From: a bacterium
Lineage (GTDB): Bacteria; Patescibacteriota; Minisyncoccia; Phycocordibacterales; UBA9973
Length of the DNA: 64,000 bases
Direction of reading: 5' to 3'
NCBI GenBank assembly: GCA_021824345.1
Contig: JAKAKW010000011.1
Coordinates: forward strand, 9,074-73,073
The position numbers and the translations under genes are program-made. The notes under the pieces were generated by a model. The model was not told the DNA's origin. It saw nothing but the letters and a program-made list of their open reading frames with translations, and ran no database searches. Positions within the stretch are counted from its first letter, which is position 1. Every line of letters starts with the position of its first letter. Of the stretch, positions 46,927 through 56,860 are shown in pieces.

Positions 46927-48951
46927 ATGAATTTAAAAGACAAGGTTCTCAAATATGCCAGTTTCATTCTTGTACTCCTTATTCCCGTCGTATATTTCGG
47001 AGGAGCGGCATATCCGAGCATCGCGCCTAAGATTTTTTTCTTTTACGGAGCAGTTGAATTGATGGCCGCCTTTTGGATATATGCTTTACTCACCGATCCG
47101 GAGTATCGATTAACAAAGAAAACTCTCCTTTATTTTATCCCCATATTTGCCTTTGTGGCATGGATGACCGTTTCAGGCGTCATGGCGGTCAATCCGCGTT
47201 TGGCGTTCTGGGGTACCCTGGCTCGAGGAACCGGCCTTATTGTTCTTTATCACGCCTTCATTTTTTCCGTTATAATGGCGTCTCTGTTTAAGAAGTTCGG
47301 AAAGGAATATTTGTACAGGCTGATGAAATGGTTTGTGGCGGGAGGGTTTTTGCTTTCAATAACCATATGGTTTGGGGCGTCAGGTTTCAAATTGCCGTAT
47401 CAGTGGTCTCAAACCGACGGGGGAGGAGGATTGACCGGCAATTCGTCTCTTGCGGCCGCCTACCTTCTCTTTGCCATTGCTTTTGGAATAATTTTGTTGC
47501 TTTCACGCTCAGTTTCTAAGAAAGAGAAATGGCTTACTGTGGGCGCCCTTACTGTTACAATCTTTTCTCCTCTTTTTATAAACTTGGTTTTCTGGATGTT
47601 CTCCGGCCAAGGTTTGATGGGGAATGCCCGCGGAGCAACAATAGGGATGTTTTCCGGAGTGGCTGCAGCTCTTGTAATTTATGCTATTTTTTCCGGTAAA
47701 AAAACTTGGCGAGCAATTGGCATTATCCTTGTTATCGCAGGGATTGCCAGCTTTTCATATCTATGGAATCGGTTAGTTACGCCCGGCACCTCTCTTCATG
47801 AGACATTTGTCCAAGATGCTACTGGTACCCGTTTCATATTTTGGAATGTGGGAAGCGAAGTTTTACAGGATAGTCCATGGTTTGGCTACGGGCCTGAAAA
47901 TTACATGATTGCTTTCCAAAGGCATTTTGATTACCGAATGCTTGAGGCAAAATATAACCATGAGGTATGGAACGATCGGGCCCATAACATCTATTATCAG
48001 ACCGGAACGGATGGCGGATATCCTGCCATTGTTTTATACGCGCTGTTTCTGGCAGGCATTCTATTTGCATTGTATAAAGCATACAAAAAAGAACGCCTGA
48101 GTCTGAAAGAGGCGTGCATCCTTGCCGGCTTGATCGTCGGATATGTTATCCAAAATTTGGTTTATTTCGATTCCACCATATCACTCATGGCTCTTTTCCT
48201 TGTGGCAGGAACAGCATACGGATTTCAATTTGACACCGCAAAACAAAATGAGGAAGTGTGGAAACTAAAGTCTATTCCAATCCAAAAGATCACATCCGTT
48301 ATCATCTTCATATTTTTTGCCCTTGCTTTCATTGTTTTCGCCTGGAATCCTTTTATGAAAGACATAGCGTATGTAAACGCCTTTGAACATCCGTCCGAAC
48401 AATCCTTCAAAGCCCTTGAAGACGGATCTTCCATTGGGGAAGATTGGGATGTCAGCGGATTTGCCAATGATATGTATAAGTTCTATGCTTCCCATTCCTT
48501 GTCCATAAAAAGCGACAAAGCCAGAAATGAACGTGCTATTCAAAGTATTTCATACACCCTTAACTATCTTGAATGGCTGGCTCCGAGAGAGCCGTATGAT
48601 TTTCGCCTTTATGCGAGCATGGTACTTCTATACAATACCAGGACTTTCCTTTCAAATGCTTCATATGATTCCGCGCAAGCGGAACACTTGCTTGCGCTTC
48701 TGGCTCATGCGGAAAAGCTGTCTCCCGGGGACCCAGAGATGTATTGGAATGAGGCCCAGATAATGGCCTGGAAGGGCGATTTGCAAGCTGCGGCAAACGC
48801 GTATGAAAAGGCGATAGAGGTTGCGCCAAAATTGTCCGTATCGCATGAACTGCTCATTAAGTTCGCACGGGCTCTGGGCGACAAAAATCTGTATAACTTT
48901 GCGGTAGATCAGGCAAAAAAGTATGTTCCCAATTTTGTAATTCCCAATTAG
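46927..48951 (+). CDS. O-antigen ligase/oligosaccharyltransferase-like membrane protein with C-terminal TPR-like region
   Basis: About 12 transmembrane segments; R..FW......SPWFGYGPENY, DRAHN; helical-repeat tail. Confidence 0.85.
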   Translation: MNLKDKVLKYASFILVLLIPVVYFGGAAYPSIAPKIFFFYGAVELMAAFWIYALLTDPEYRLTKKTLLYFIPIFAFVAWMTVSGVMAVNPRLAFWGTLARGTGLIVLYHAFIFSVIMASLFKKFGKEYLYRLMKWFVAGGFLLSITIWFGASGFKLPYQWSQTDGGGGLTGNSSLAAAYLLFAIAFGIILLLSRSVSKKEKWLTVGALTVTIFSPLFINLVFWMFSGQGLMGNARGATIGMFSGVAAALVIYAIFSGKKTWRAIGIILVIAGIASFSYLWNRLVTPGTSLHETFVQDATGTRFIFWNVGSEVLQDSPWFGYGPENYMIAFQRHFDYRMLEAKYNHEVWNDRAHNIYYQTGTDGGYPAIVLYALFLAGILFALYKAYKKERLSLKEACILAGLIVGYVIQNLVYFDSTISLMALFLVAGTAYGFQFDTAKQNEEVWKLKSIPIQKITSVIIFIFFALAFIVFAWNPFMKDIAYVNAFEHPSEQSFKALEDGSSIGEDWDVSGFANDMYKFYASHSLSIKSDKARNERAIQSISYTLNYLEWLAPREPYDFRLYASMVLLYNTRTFLSNASYDSAQAEHLLALLAHAEKLSPGDPEMYWNEAQIMAWKGDLQAAANAYEKAIEVAPKLSVSHELLIKFARALGDKNLYNFAVDQAKKYVPNFVIPN

Positions 48952-48974
48952 CAGTGTTTTGACGCCATTTTCAA

Positions 48975-49880
48975 ATGAAAAAAATTGTGATAACCGGAGG
49001 GGCAGGCTTTATCGGATCCCACATTGCGGATGCGCTGATTGAGAAAGGATATGAAGTCCATGTGGTGGACAATCTTTCCGCCGGGAAGAAAGAGAATGTG
49101 AATTCCAAAGCCATTTTGCACGTCGCGGATATACGCAATGGCATGGAAATGCTTAAGATATTTGAGGGAGCGGAATATGTTTTTCACGAAGCCGCTTTTC
49201 CGAGGGTGCAATATTCCATTGAAAATCCGGTGGAAACGCATGACATAAACGTAAACGGAACTTTGAATGTGCTGGAAGCGGCGCGGCTGTCCGGAGCAAA
49301 AAAAGTGATCTTCGCTTCCTCCTGCGCGGTATATGGCAATCCGACAAAATTACCAGTGGATGAAACTGGCGAGATTTCTCCCATGTCTCCCTATGCGGTG
49401 CACAAATGGATGGGGGAAAAGTATTGCCGAATGTATTCGGATCTGTACGGCCTTAAAACTGTCTGTCTCAGGTACTTTAACGTATACGGTCCGCGTATGG
49501 ATCCGGAGGGAGCTTATCCAATGGCGATCGGTAATTTCATCAAGATGCGTAAAATAGGCAAGCCTCTTCCCATAACCGGCGACGGAACGCAGACCAGAGA
49601 TTTTGTGAATGTAAAAGATGTGGTAAAGGCCAATCTTCTTGCGTTGGAATCAGACAAGATTGAAAAAGGAGAGGTGGTGAATATAGGCAGCGGCGTAAAA
49701 ACTTCCGTCAATCGCCTCGCCGAGCTTATCGGTGGACCTGTGGAGCGCATTTCTGCGCGACATGAACCGCACGATGTGCAATCTGATGTTTCATTGGCTG
49801 AAAAACTTTTAAGCTGGAAAGCGTCGGTAGTTATCGAGGAAGGACTTGCGGAATTAAAAAAAGAAAATAGTATAGCTTGA
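48975..49880 (+). CDS. NAD-dependent nucleotide-sugar epimerase
   Basis: TGGAGFIGSH, SPYAVHK, LRYFNVYGP and GDGTQTRDF motifs. Confidence 0.93.
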   Translation: MKKIVITGGAGFIGSHIADALIEKGYEVHVVDNLSAGKKENVNSKAILHVADIRNGMEMLKIFEGAEYVFHEAAFPRVQYSIENPVETHDINVNGTLNVLEAARLSGAKKVIFASSCAVYGNPTKLPVDETGEISPMSPYAVHKWMGEKYCRMYSDLYGLKTVCLRYFNVYGPRMDPEGAYPMAIGNFIKMRKIGKPLPITGDGTQTRDFVNVKDVVKANLLALESDKIEKGEVVNIGSGVKTSVNRLAELIGGPVERISARHEPHDVQSDVSLAEKLLSWKASVVIEEGLAELKKENSIA

Positions 49881-49884
49881 GCGA

Positions 49885-50829
49885 CTACTGGCTCACAACG
49901 CTTTTGAAATACTCAATGGTTTTCTTTAGGCCTTCTTCCAGGGGAATCTTCGGTTCCCATTTTAATTTTTCTTTTGCGAGGGTTATATCCGGCTTCCGGC
50001 GGCGGGGGTCATCTTCAGGCAAGCCCTTGAAGACTATTTTTGATTTTGATTCTGACAAGTTTAATATCTTTTCTGCGATATCAAGCACGGTTCTCTCATC
50101 CGGATTGCCCAAGTTAACTGGTCCGGTAAAATCGCTGTTCATAAGCTTAACGAGTCCTAAGACCATATCTGAAACATAACAGAAAGATCGTGTTTGCCGT
50201 CCGTCGCCGTATACCGTCAAATCTTTTCCTTCAATTGCCTGCACAATAAAATTAGAAACCACTCTTCCGTCGTCTGCATTCATGCCGGGTCCGTAAGTGT
50301 TGAAGATTCTGGCAACACGTATCTTTGTTCCATACTTTCTCTGAAAATCAAAAAAAAGAGTCTCCGCTATTCTTTTTCCTTCGTCATAGCAGGATCTTAT
50401 GCCGATAGGGTTTACGTTTCCTTTATATTTTTCATTTTGCGGACTTTCCAAAGGGTCACCATAGATTTCGGATGTTGAGGATTGGAGAATTTTTGCATTA
50501 TTTGCTCTTGCCAGTTCCAGGACATTAAGCACGCCTATGGTGTTTGTCTGAATGGTGTGCACGGGATCAAGTTGGTAGTGTACGGGAGACGCGGGACAAG
50601 CAAGATTGTATATTTCGTCTATTTTCTGTTTTGGAAATTCTGCATTAATAATGTCTTTCTTTATGAATGTAAAGCGTTTTTCTTCCAAGAGGTGCCGGAG
50701 ATTTTCCATGCTTCCAGTCAATAAATTATCAACCCCGATGATTCTATAGTTTTCATTTTCAAGAAGATAACGGGAAAGATTGCTACCGATAAATCCTGCG
50801 CAACCCGTTATCATAATTGTTTTTGTCAT
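49885..50829 (-). CDS. UDP-glucuronate decarboxylase (UDP-xylose synthase)
   Basis: LACPASPVHYQ, STSEIYGDP, RSCYDEGKR and DDGRVVSNF motifs. Confidence 0.93.
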   Translation of the reverse strand: MTKTIMITGCAGFIGSNLSRYLLENENYRIIGVDNLLTGSMENLRHLLEEKRFTFIKKDIINAEFPKQKIDEIYNLACPASPVHYQLDPVHTIQTNTIGVLNVLELARANNAKILQSSTSEIYGDPLESPQNEKYKGNVNPIGIRSCYDEGKRIAETLFFDFQRKYGTKIRVARIFNTYGPGMNADDGRVVSNFIVQAIEGKDLTVYGDGRQTRSFCYVSDMVLGLVKLMNSDFTGPVNLGNPDERTVLDIAEKILNLSESKSKIVFKGLPEDDPRRRKPDITLAKEKLKWEPKIPLEEGLKKTIEYFKSVVSQ

Positions 50830-50983
50830 GTCGGTCTTTATACTAACACCCGTTGTATTTAGTGGCAATATGTCTTAGTATAATTAAATTAATTGGGCGG
50901 AAAATGCAGGCGCGCAGAAAATGGTATAATATGAATGATCTAAAGGCAATTTTCCGAAAGTAAAAATAATAACATAAATCAAT

Positions 50984-52072
50984 ATGACAAAAAAATTTAA
51001 TAAAAGAAATCAAAAAGTAAACAAACGAGCGCTAATAATAGGCATAACGGGCCAAGACGGCTCGTATTTGGCTGAATTCCTGCTCTCTCGCGGATACGAG
51101 GTGCACGGCCTTATACGGCGCTCTTCCAGCTTCAACACGGGCCGTTTGGACGATATTTACCAGGATCCGCATGAAAGCCACCGCAGGCTCTATTTGCACT
51201 ATGGCGACCTAATTGATTCTCACAGCCTATTAAATATCATCAGCGAAAGCCAGCCGGACGAAATTTACAATCTCGGGGCGCAGAGCCATGTGCGCGTCAG
51301 CTTTGACATTCCGGAATATACCGCCGACGTGGATGCGCTGGGAACCACCCGCCTTTTGGATGCGGTGCGGGCGAGTAAACTGCCTGCAAAAATTTATCAA
51401 GCAGGATCCAGCGAGATGTTCGGGAAAGTATTGGAAACTCCGCAAAAAGAAAACACTCCATTCAACCCTCAAAGCCCCTATGCATGCGCCAAAGTATTCT
51501 CGCACTTCATTTGTAAAAATTACCGCGATTCATACGGAATGTTCATCGCCAACGGCATACTTTTCAATCATGAATCTCCCCGGCGGGGAAAAACTTTTGT
51601 GACCAAGAAAATAACCGAAGGCCTTGCGGACATAAGACTGGGGAAGAAAGACAGAATATATCTTGGGAATCTGGACGCCAAGCGCGATTGGGGATACGCG
51701 CCGGACTACGTGGAAGCAATGTGGCAGATGCTCCAGGAGGAAAAGCCGAATGATTACGTAATATCTACAGGGGAAACTCATTCAGTGCGCGAATTTGCCG
51801 AGGAAGCGGCACGTCTCATAGACATGGATCTGCAATGGAAGGGAAGCGGGCTTGAGGAGGAAGGCATAGACGCAAAGACGGGCCAAACAATCATCAGCAT
51901 TGATCCAAAGTATTACCGCCCTAGCGAGGTGGATGCCCTTCTCGGCGATAGTTCCAAGGCAAAGAAGAATCTTGGCTGGGAACCAAAAGTTAAATTCAAG
52001 GAGTTAGTGAAAATTATGATGGTAGGAGAGTTTGAAGAGAGAAAATTGGACAGTTCCGCATATTTGTCTTGA
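50984..52072 (+). CDS. gmd: GDP-mannose 4,6-dehydratase
   Basis: [21 protein letters not shown] and NHESPRRG motifs. Confidence 0.97.
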   Translation: MTKKFNKRNQKVNKRALIIGITGQDGSYLAEFLLSRGYEVHGLIRRSSSFNTGRLDDIYQDPHESHRRLYLHYGDLIDSHSLLNIISESQPDEIYNLGAQSHVRVSFDIPEYTADVDALGTTRLLDAVRASKLPAKIYQAGSSEMFGKVLETPQKENTPFNPQSPYACAKVFSHFICKNYRDSYGMFIANGILFNHESPRRGKTFVTKKITEGLADIRLGKKDRIYLGNLDAKRDWGYAPDYVEAMWQMLQEEKPNDYVISTGETHSVREFAEEAARLIDMDLQWKGSGLEEEGIDAKTGQTIISIDPKYYRPSEVDALLGDSSKAKKNLGWEPKVKFKELVKIMMVGEFEERKLDSSAYLS

Positions 52073-52074
52073 TC

Positions 52075-53007
52075 ATGGAAAAGAACTCCAAAATATACGT
52101 TGCCGGACATACCGGACTTGTCGGTTCGGCGATTGTACGAGAACTTAAAAAACAGGGATATGAGAATCTAATATTTAGGACTAGCAAAGAGCTAGACTTG
52201 CGCTCGCAATCAGACACCTTAGATTTTTTTAAGAAAGAACAGCCCGAGTATGTCTTTCTTGCCGCCGCCAAAGTTGGCGGTATAGGGGCAAATGATAAAT
52301 ATTCGGCGGATTTCATTAGGGACAACCTAGAGATAGAAGACAACGTAATTGACGGCAGCCACCAAGGGGGAGCAAAGAAACTGCTTTTTTTGGGCAGTTC
52401 ATGTATATATCCAAAGCTTGCTCCCCAGCCTTTAAAAGAAGAATACTTGCTCACCGGTCCGCTTGAAGAGACAAATAAAGCGTATGCGGTAGCAAAAATA
52501 GCCGGAATCACCATGTGCCAGATGTATGATAAACAGTATGGCACGAATTTTATTAGCGCCATGCCTACTAATTTGTATGGTCCCGGGGACAATTTTGATC
52601 TTGAAACTTCGCATGTTCTGCCCGCGATGATTCGGAAGTTTCATGAAGCAAAAGAAAGCGGGGCTAAAGAAGTGACACTGTGGGGCACGGGCAATCCTAA
52701 ACGAGAATTTCTGCATGTGGATGACTTGGCAAGCGCATGCGTTTTCCTTATGGAAAAGTACGATAGTCCGGAGATAATAAACGTGGGAACAGGGGAAGAT
52801 GTTTCAATAATGGAGCTGGCAGACAAAGTAAAAAAAATAATAGGGTGTTCCGGTAAAATTGTATGGGATTCAGACAAGCCCGACGGAACGCCGCGTAAGC
52901 TGCTGGATACTTCAAAAATCAATGCTCTCGGCTGGAGACCGTTAATTTCCATGGACGAAGGTATAAAATCTACATACGAGTGGTTTTTGGATAAATATGG
53001 AAAATAA
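52075..53007 (+). CDS. fcl: GDP-L-fucose synthase
   Basis: [27 protein letters not shown] and KPDGTPRK motifs. Confidence 0.97.
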   Translation: MEKNSKIYVAGHTGLVGSAIVRELKKQGYENLIFRTSKELDLRSQSDTLDFFKKEQPEYVFLAAAKVGGIGANDKYSADFIRDNLEIEDNVIDGSHQGGAKKLLFLGSSCIYPKLAPQPLKEEYLLTGPLEETNKAYAVAKIAGITMCQMYDKQYGTNFISAMPTNLYGPGDNFDLETSHVLPAMIRKFHEAKESGAKEVTLWGTGNPKREFLHVDDLASACVFLMEKYDSPEIINVGTGEDVSIMELADKVKKIIGCSGKIVWDSDKPDGTPRKLLDTSKINALGWRPLISMDEGIKSTYEWFLDKYGK

Positions 53008-55015
53008 ATATGACATTGTAATAGTCGGCGCCGGAATTTCCGGCGCTACTCTGGCAGAGCGGTACGCTTCTTTAGGAAAAAAAGTGCTGGTGATAGAATC
53101 TCGGGACCATATCGGAGGAAACTGTTACGATTTCATTAATGAAGACGGAATCTTGGTGGCAAAATACGGGCCGCACTATTTTCATACGAATTATGAAGAC
53201 GTGTGGAGATATGTGAACCGTTTTTCTGAATGGGTCCCTTTTGAGGCTCGAGCCGTCAGTCATATTGACGGGAAAAAGGTTTCTTTACCCATAAACATAA
53301 AGACAATAAATCAGGTCTTTGGCTTGGAGATTAAAGAAAAAGAAGAAATGGAGAAGTGGGTAAAAGAAAATACTGAACCAAAAAGGCACCCCAGAAATTC
53401 TGAAGATGCGGCAATAGGCCGGGTAGGCAAAATCCTATATGAAAAGGTATTCAAGGAGTACACTCGAAAACAATGGGATAAGGATCCCAAGGAGCTTGAC
53501 CCTGAAGTGACAAACAGGATACCGATTCGCCTAAACGATGACGACAGGTATTTTACCGATGTCCATCAAGCCATACCAAGGGAAGGATACGCCAAGCTTT
53601 TTAAAAATATGTTAAGCAATGAAAATATAGAAGTTCGCCTCAATACCAAGTGGGAAGATGAAAAAGACAGGATTACTTACCGGGAGAAACTTTTTTTTAC
53701 GGGGAGGATTGATTCATATTTTAAAAAGAAATTCGGCCTGTTGGAATATCGCTCGCTTAAGTTTGAGTTTGAGACTTTTAACCGCGAATATTTTCAGGAA
53801 TACGTGCAGGAGAATTACCCGTCACTTAAAGTTCCCTTTACCCGAATTGTTGAATACAAGCATATGACCGGTCAGAAACATCCAAAAACGACCGTTTCCC
53901 GCGAATATCCTACTTGGGAGGGGGAGCCGTATTATCCGGTTCCTTCGACAAAAAACAGGAAGATATACGTAAAATATCAGCATGAGGCGAAAAGGTTGGA
54001 GAAGAAAAACATTTATTTTGTCGGCCGACTGGCCAATTACAAATACTTTAATATGGATCAGGCGTTCAAGAACGCCCTGGATTTGTTCTATAGGCTGGAA
54101 GGAAAGAAAGAACGCGGATCGGGGATGACGGTAAGACTCGCCGGGGGAATGGGAAACCAGATGTTTCAATACGCACTTGGCCGGAAGCTTTCAATAAAAA
54201 ACAACGTACCCTTGTATCTTGATTTGACGTTTTTAAATCACAGAGTCAAACTACCGGAGTTTTTGCGCCCTCATTTCGTTTTTCATGATTTGAAACTTGA
54301 TGTGTTTAATATCAAGGCTGACATCGCGAATCCCGCCCAAATTGGTTTTTGGAACCGTCCCTTTTTATCTGGAAAGATCATGATATTGATTGACGCGATT
54401 TTGCGCAAGCTCGCGCTCTTCCCAGGATGGGAAAAGTCATTTTCTTTTAACAAGAAAATCCTTGATTTAGGTCCTGGCACGTACCTGGAGGGATATTGGC
54501 AAAGCGAAAAATATTTCAAGGATATAAGCGAAACGCTTCGGAAAGATTTTTCCTTGAAAGCGCCCTTGTCCGGCAAGGCAGCGGAACTTTATAAAGAAAT
54601 AAGAAACTGCGCGTCCTTATGTATATTTGTGCGCAGGAAAGACATGGCAGATAAATCTTTTCACGGCACCGTGCCCATTGAGTATTACCGTGCCGGCATA
54701 GAATACATAAAGAAGCGTCAACCTATTGAAAAAATATACGTGTTTTCAGATGACAATGAATGGTGCCGGCAGAATCTGAAGTTTGAATATCCCACCTTGA
54801 TCGCCGAAAAGGAATGTTCCGGCAAGAAATGGGAAGGGCATCTTATTTTAATGAGTGCGGGCCGGAATTTCATAATCGCCAACAGTACTTTTTCCTGGTG
54901 GTCGGCATGGCTTTCAGATAACCCGAACAAGATAGTCGTTGCCCCTAAACAATGGTTTGGGAACAATAGGCTGGACGATTCCGATTTAATACCCGAAAGC
55001 TGGGTAAGATTATAA
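52997..55015 (+). CDS. glf: Fusion: UDP-galactopyranose mutase + GT11 alpha-1,2-fucosyltransferase-like domain
   Basis: [19 protein letters not shown] and GRLANYKY motifs; then [24 protein letters not shown] and IANSTFSWW. Confidence 0.9.
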   Translation: MENKYDIVIVGAGISGATLAERYASLGKKVLVIESRDHIGGNCYDFINEDGILVAKYGPHYFHTNYEDVWRYVNRFSEWVPFEARAVSHIDGKKVSLPINIKTINQVFGLEIKEKEEMEKWVKENTEPKRHPRNSEDAAIGRVGKILYEKVFKEYTRKQWDKDPKELDPEVTNRIPIRLNDDDRYFTDVHQAIPREGYAKLFKNMLSNENIEVRLNTKWEDEKDRITYREKLFFTGRIDSYFKKKFGLLEYRSLKFEFETFNREYFQEYVQENYPSLKVPFTRIVEYKHMTGQKHPKTTVSREYPTWEGEPYYPVPSTKNRKIYVKYQHEAKRLEKKNIYFVGRLANYKYFNMDQAFKNALDLFYRLEGKKERGSGMTVRLAGGMGNQMFQYALGRKLSIKNNVPLYLDLTFLNHRVKLPEFLRPHFVFHDLKLDVFNIKADIANPAQIGFWNRPFLSGKIMILIDAILRKLALFPGWEKSFSFNKKILDLGPGTYLEGYWQSEKYFKDISETLRKDFSLKAPLSGKAAELYKEIRNCASLCIFVRRKDMADKSFHGTVPIEYYRAGIEYIKKRQPIEKIYVFSDDNEWCRQNLKFEYPTLIAEKECSGKKWEGHLILMSAGRNFIIANSTFSWWSAWLSDNPNKIVVAPKQWFGNNRLDDSDLIPESWVRL

Positions 55016-55090
55016 ATCTTTCATTTTAAGGATATTTATCAATTCTGATTTGTTGTTTTTATTCTTAATATAGCTTAGTATTATTTACAT

Positions 55091-55930
55091 ATGGCAAAAA
55101 AGAAACTCCGCATAGGATTTATCGGACAAGGATATATCGGGAAGAATTATGCGGATGATTTTGAACGCAGAGGATATAAAGTTACCCGATATTCAAAAGA
55201 GCGTCCTTATATCAAAAACAAAGAAGAAATCAAAGAGTGCGACGTAATATTCATAGCGGTTCCGACCCCTACGCGCCACGGATCCTTTTATGACGGAGTA
55301 TTGAGAGAAGTTATTCCTCTGGCCGGCCGAAATAAGGTTGTGGTCATCAAGTCCACTGTGAGCCCAGGCCTCACCCGCATCTTGCAAAATAAATTCAAAG
55401 ACCGCCTCATTATTCACAGTCCTGAATTTTTGAGCGAGGATACCGCCGCCAATGATGCAAGCAATCCTTTTTTTAATATTGTCGGTATAAAAAAGAATTC
55501 CCGAAAGCATAAAAAGGCGGCCTCGCTCCTTCTAACCATACTTCCTCCTTCTCCGTTTTTCTCCATAGTTTCATACGAAGAAGCCGAGCTCATAAAATAT
55601 ATTCATAATTCTATGGCCTTTACCCAAATTGTTTTTTTTAATCTTATGTATGATTTGGCCCTAAAATTTGGCGCCGATTGGGCCAATATCAACAGAGCCA
55701 TAAAAGCGGATCCGTTAATACCCAACAGGTACTCCGAACCTGTGCATAAGAGCGGAAGGGGTGCGGGCGGGCATTGTTTCATAAAGGATTTTGCAGTCAT
55801 ATCCCAGGCCTATGAAAAAGCAGTAAAGGATCCAAAAGGAATTGATGTATTGAAAAGCCTGGAAATAAAAAACATAGATCTTCTTAGAAAGAGCAAGAAG
55901 GATCTTGAATTGCTTCGTGAGATTTATTAA
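55091..55930 (+). CDS. Short UDP-glucose/GDP-mannose dehydrogenase family protein
   Basis: GQGYIG, IAVPTP, IKSTV, SPEFL and GGHCFIKD motifs; no C-terminal domain. Confidence 0.85.
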   Translation: MAKKKLRIGFIGQGYIGKNYADDFERRGYKVTRYSKERPYIKNKEEIKECDVIFIAVPTPTRHGSFYDGVLREVIPLAGRNKVVVIKSTVSPGLTRILQNKFKDRLIIHSPEFLSEDTAANDASNPFFNIVGIKKNSRKHKKAASLLLTILPPSPFFSIVSYEEAELIKYIHNSMAFTQIVFFNLMYDLALKFGADWANINRAIKADPLIPNRYSEPVHKSGRGAGGHCFIKDFAVISQAYEKAVKDPKGIDVLKSLEIKNIDLLRKSKKDLELLREIY

Positions 55931-55939
55931 ATTTCCTAT

Positions 55940-56860
55940 ATGAAAAAAAACGCGGTTTCAGAAAAAATTTCGGCGGTTGTGGTAACGCATAATAGAAAAG
56001 AACTCTTAAGGAATTGTTTGAATGGAATTTTGCGGCAAACTGTCCCTGTCAACCATATCTTTATAATTGACAACGATTCTAAAGATGGTACGGAGGATAT
56101 GATCCGGGACAAATTTGGAGATAATCAGCTTGTAGAATATAGAAATCTCGGTAAAAATACCGGAAGCGCCGGTGGCTTTCATGAGGGTGTGAAGATGGCC
56201 TACGAGCGTGGATCGGAATGGATCTGGCTTATGGATGATGACGTAACACCTCGCCCTGATTGTCTGGAAAAAATGAAAAGCTACGGGCATATATCAAAAT
56301 GTATCAATGCAAACAAAGTTGATCCATCAAACAAGGAATATGAGTTCATGTTTGAAGTTATATTTGATCCTTCAATATGCAGAATGACTTTTATGAATAA
56401 TATCTCCTTTAAAAACGGCAAAGATTTTGCTTTTGTCAATGTCGGATGTTTTGAGGGAATGCTTATTCACCGAGATATTGTTGCCCAAATAGGTTTTCCT
56501 GACAAGCGATTTTTCATTTATAGCGATGATACCACTTATGGATTTATCGCTTCTCTGTATACAAATGTTATTTTTGTGAGAGATGCGTATTTTGATAAAA
56601 AAGTTTCCTTTAAAAATACTGCCACGCCGATTTTTTCATATTACGCGATTCGAAACCAATTCTTACTTAAGGAATACCTAAAGAAATACGGCATTTATAA
56701 TGCGCGCCTGTTTTATCTTGGAATAGCATTATTCGCCGGTCTGGCTGCCACCAAGCAGGCGGTTAGAAGCAGAGACATCAAGATACCATGGTATGTTCTT
56801 CGGGGATTATTTGACGGCTTAAGGGGAAAGTTTTATCAGATTGGGACACACAGAAAATGA
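55940..56860 (+). CDS. GT2 glycosyltransferase (galactofuranosyltransferase GlfT1-like)
   Basis: VVTHNR, IDNDSKDGT, NTGSAGGF, WLMDDD and FFIYSDD motifs. Confidence 0.88.
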   Translation: MKKNAVSEKISAVVVTHNRKELLRNCLNGILRQTVPVNHIFIIDNDSKDGTEDMIRDKFGDNQLVEYRNLGKNTGSAGGFHEGVKMAYERGSEWIWLMDDDVTPRPDCLEKMKSYGHISKCINANKVDPSNKEYEFMFEVIFDPSICRMTFMNNISFKNGKDFAFVNVGCFEGMLIHRDIVAQIGFPDKRFFIYSDDTTYGFIASLYTNVIFVRDAYFDKKVSFKNTATPIFSYYAIRNQFLLKEYLKKYGIYNARLFYLGIALFAGLAATKQAVRSRDIKIPWYVLRGLFDGLRGKFYQIGTHRK

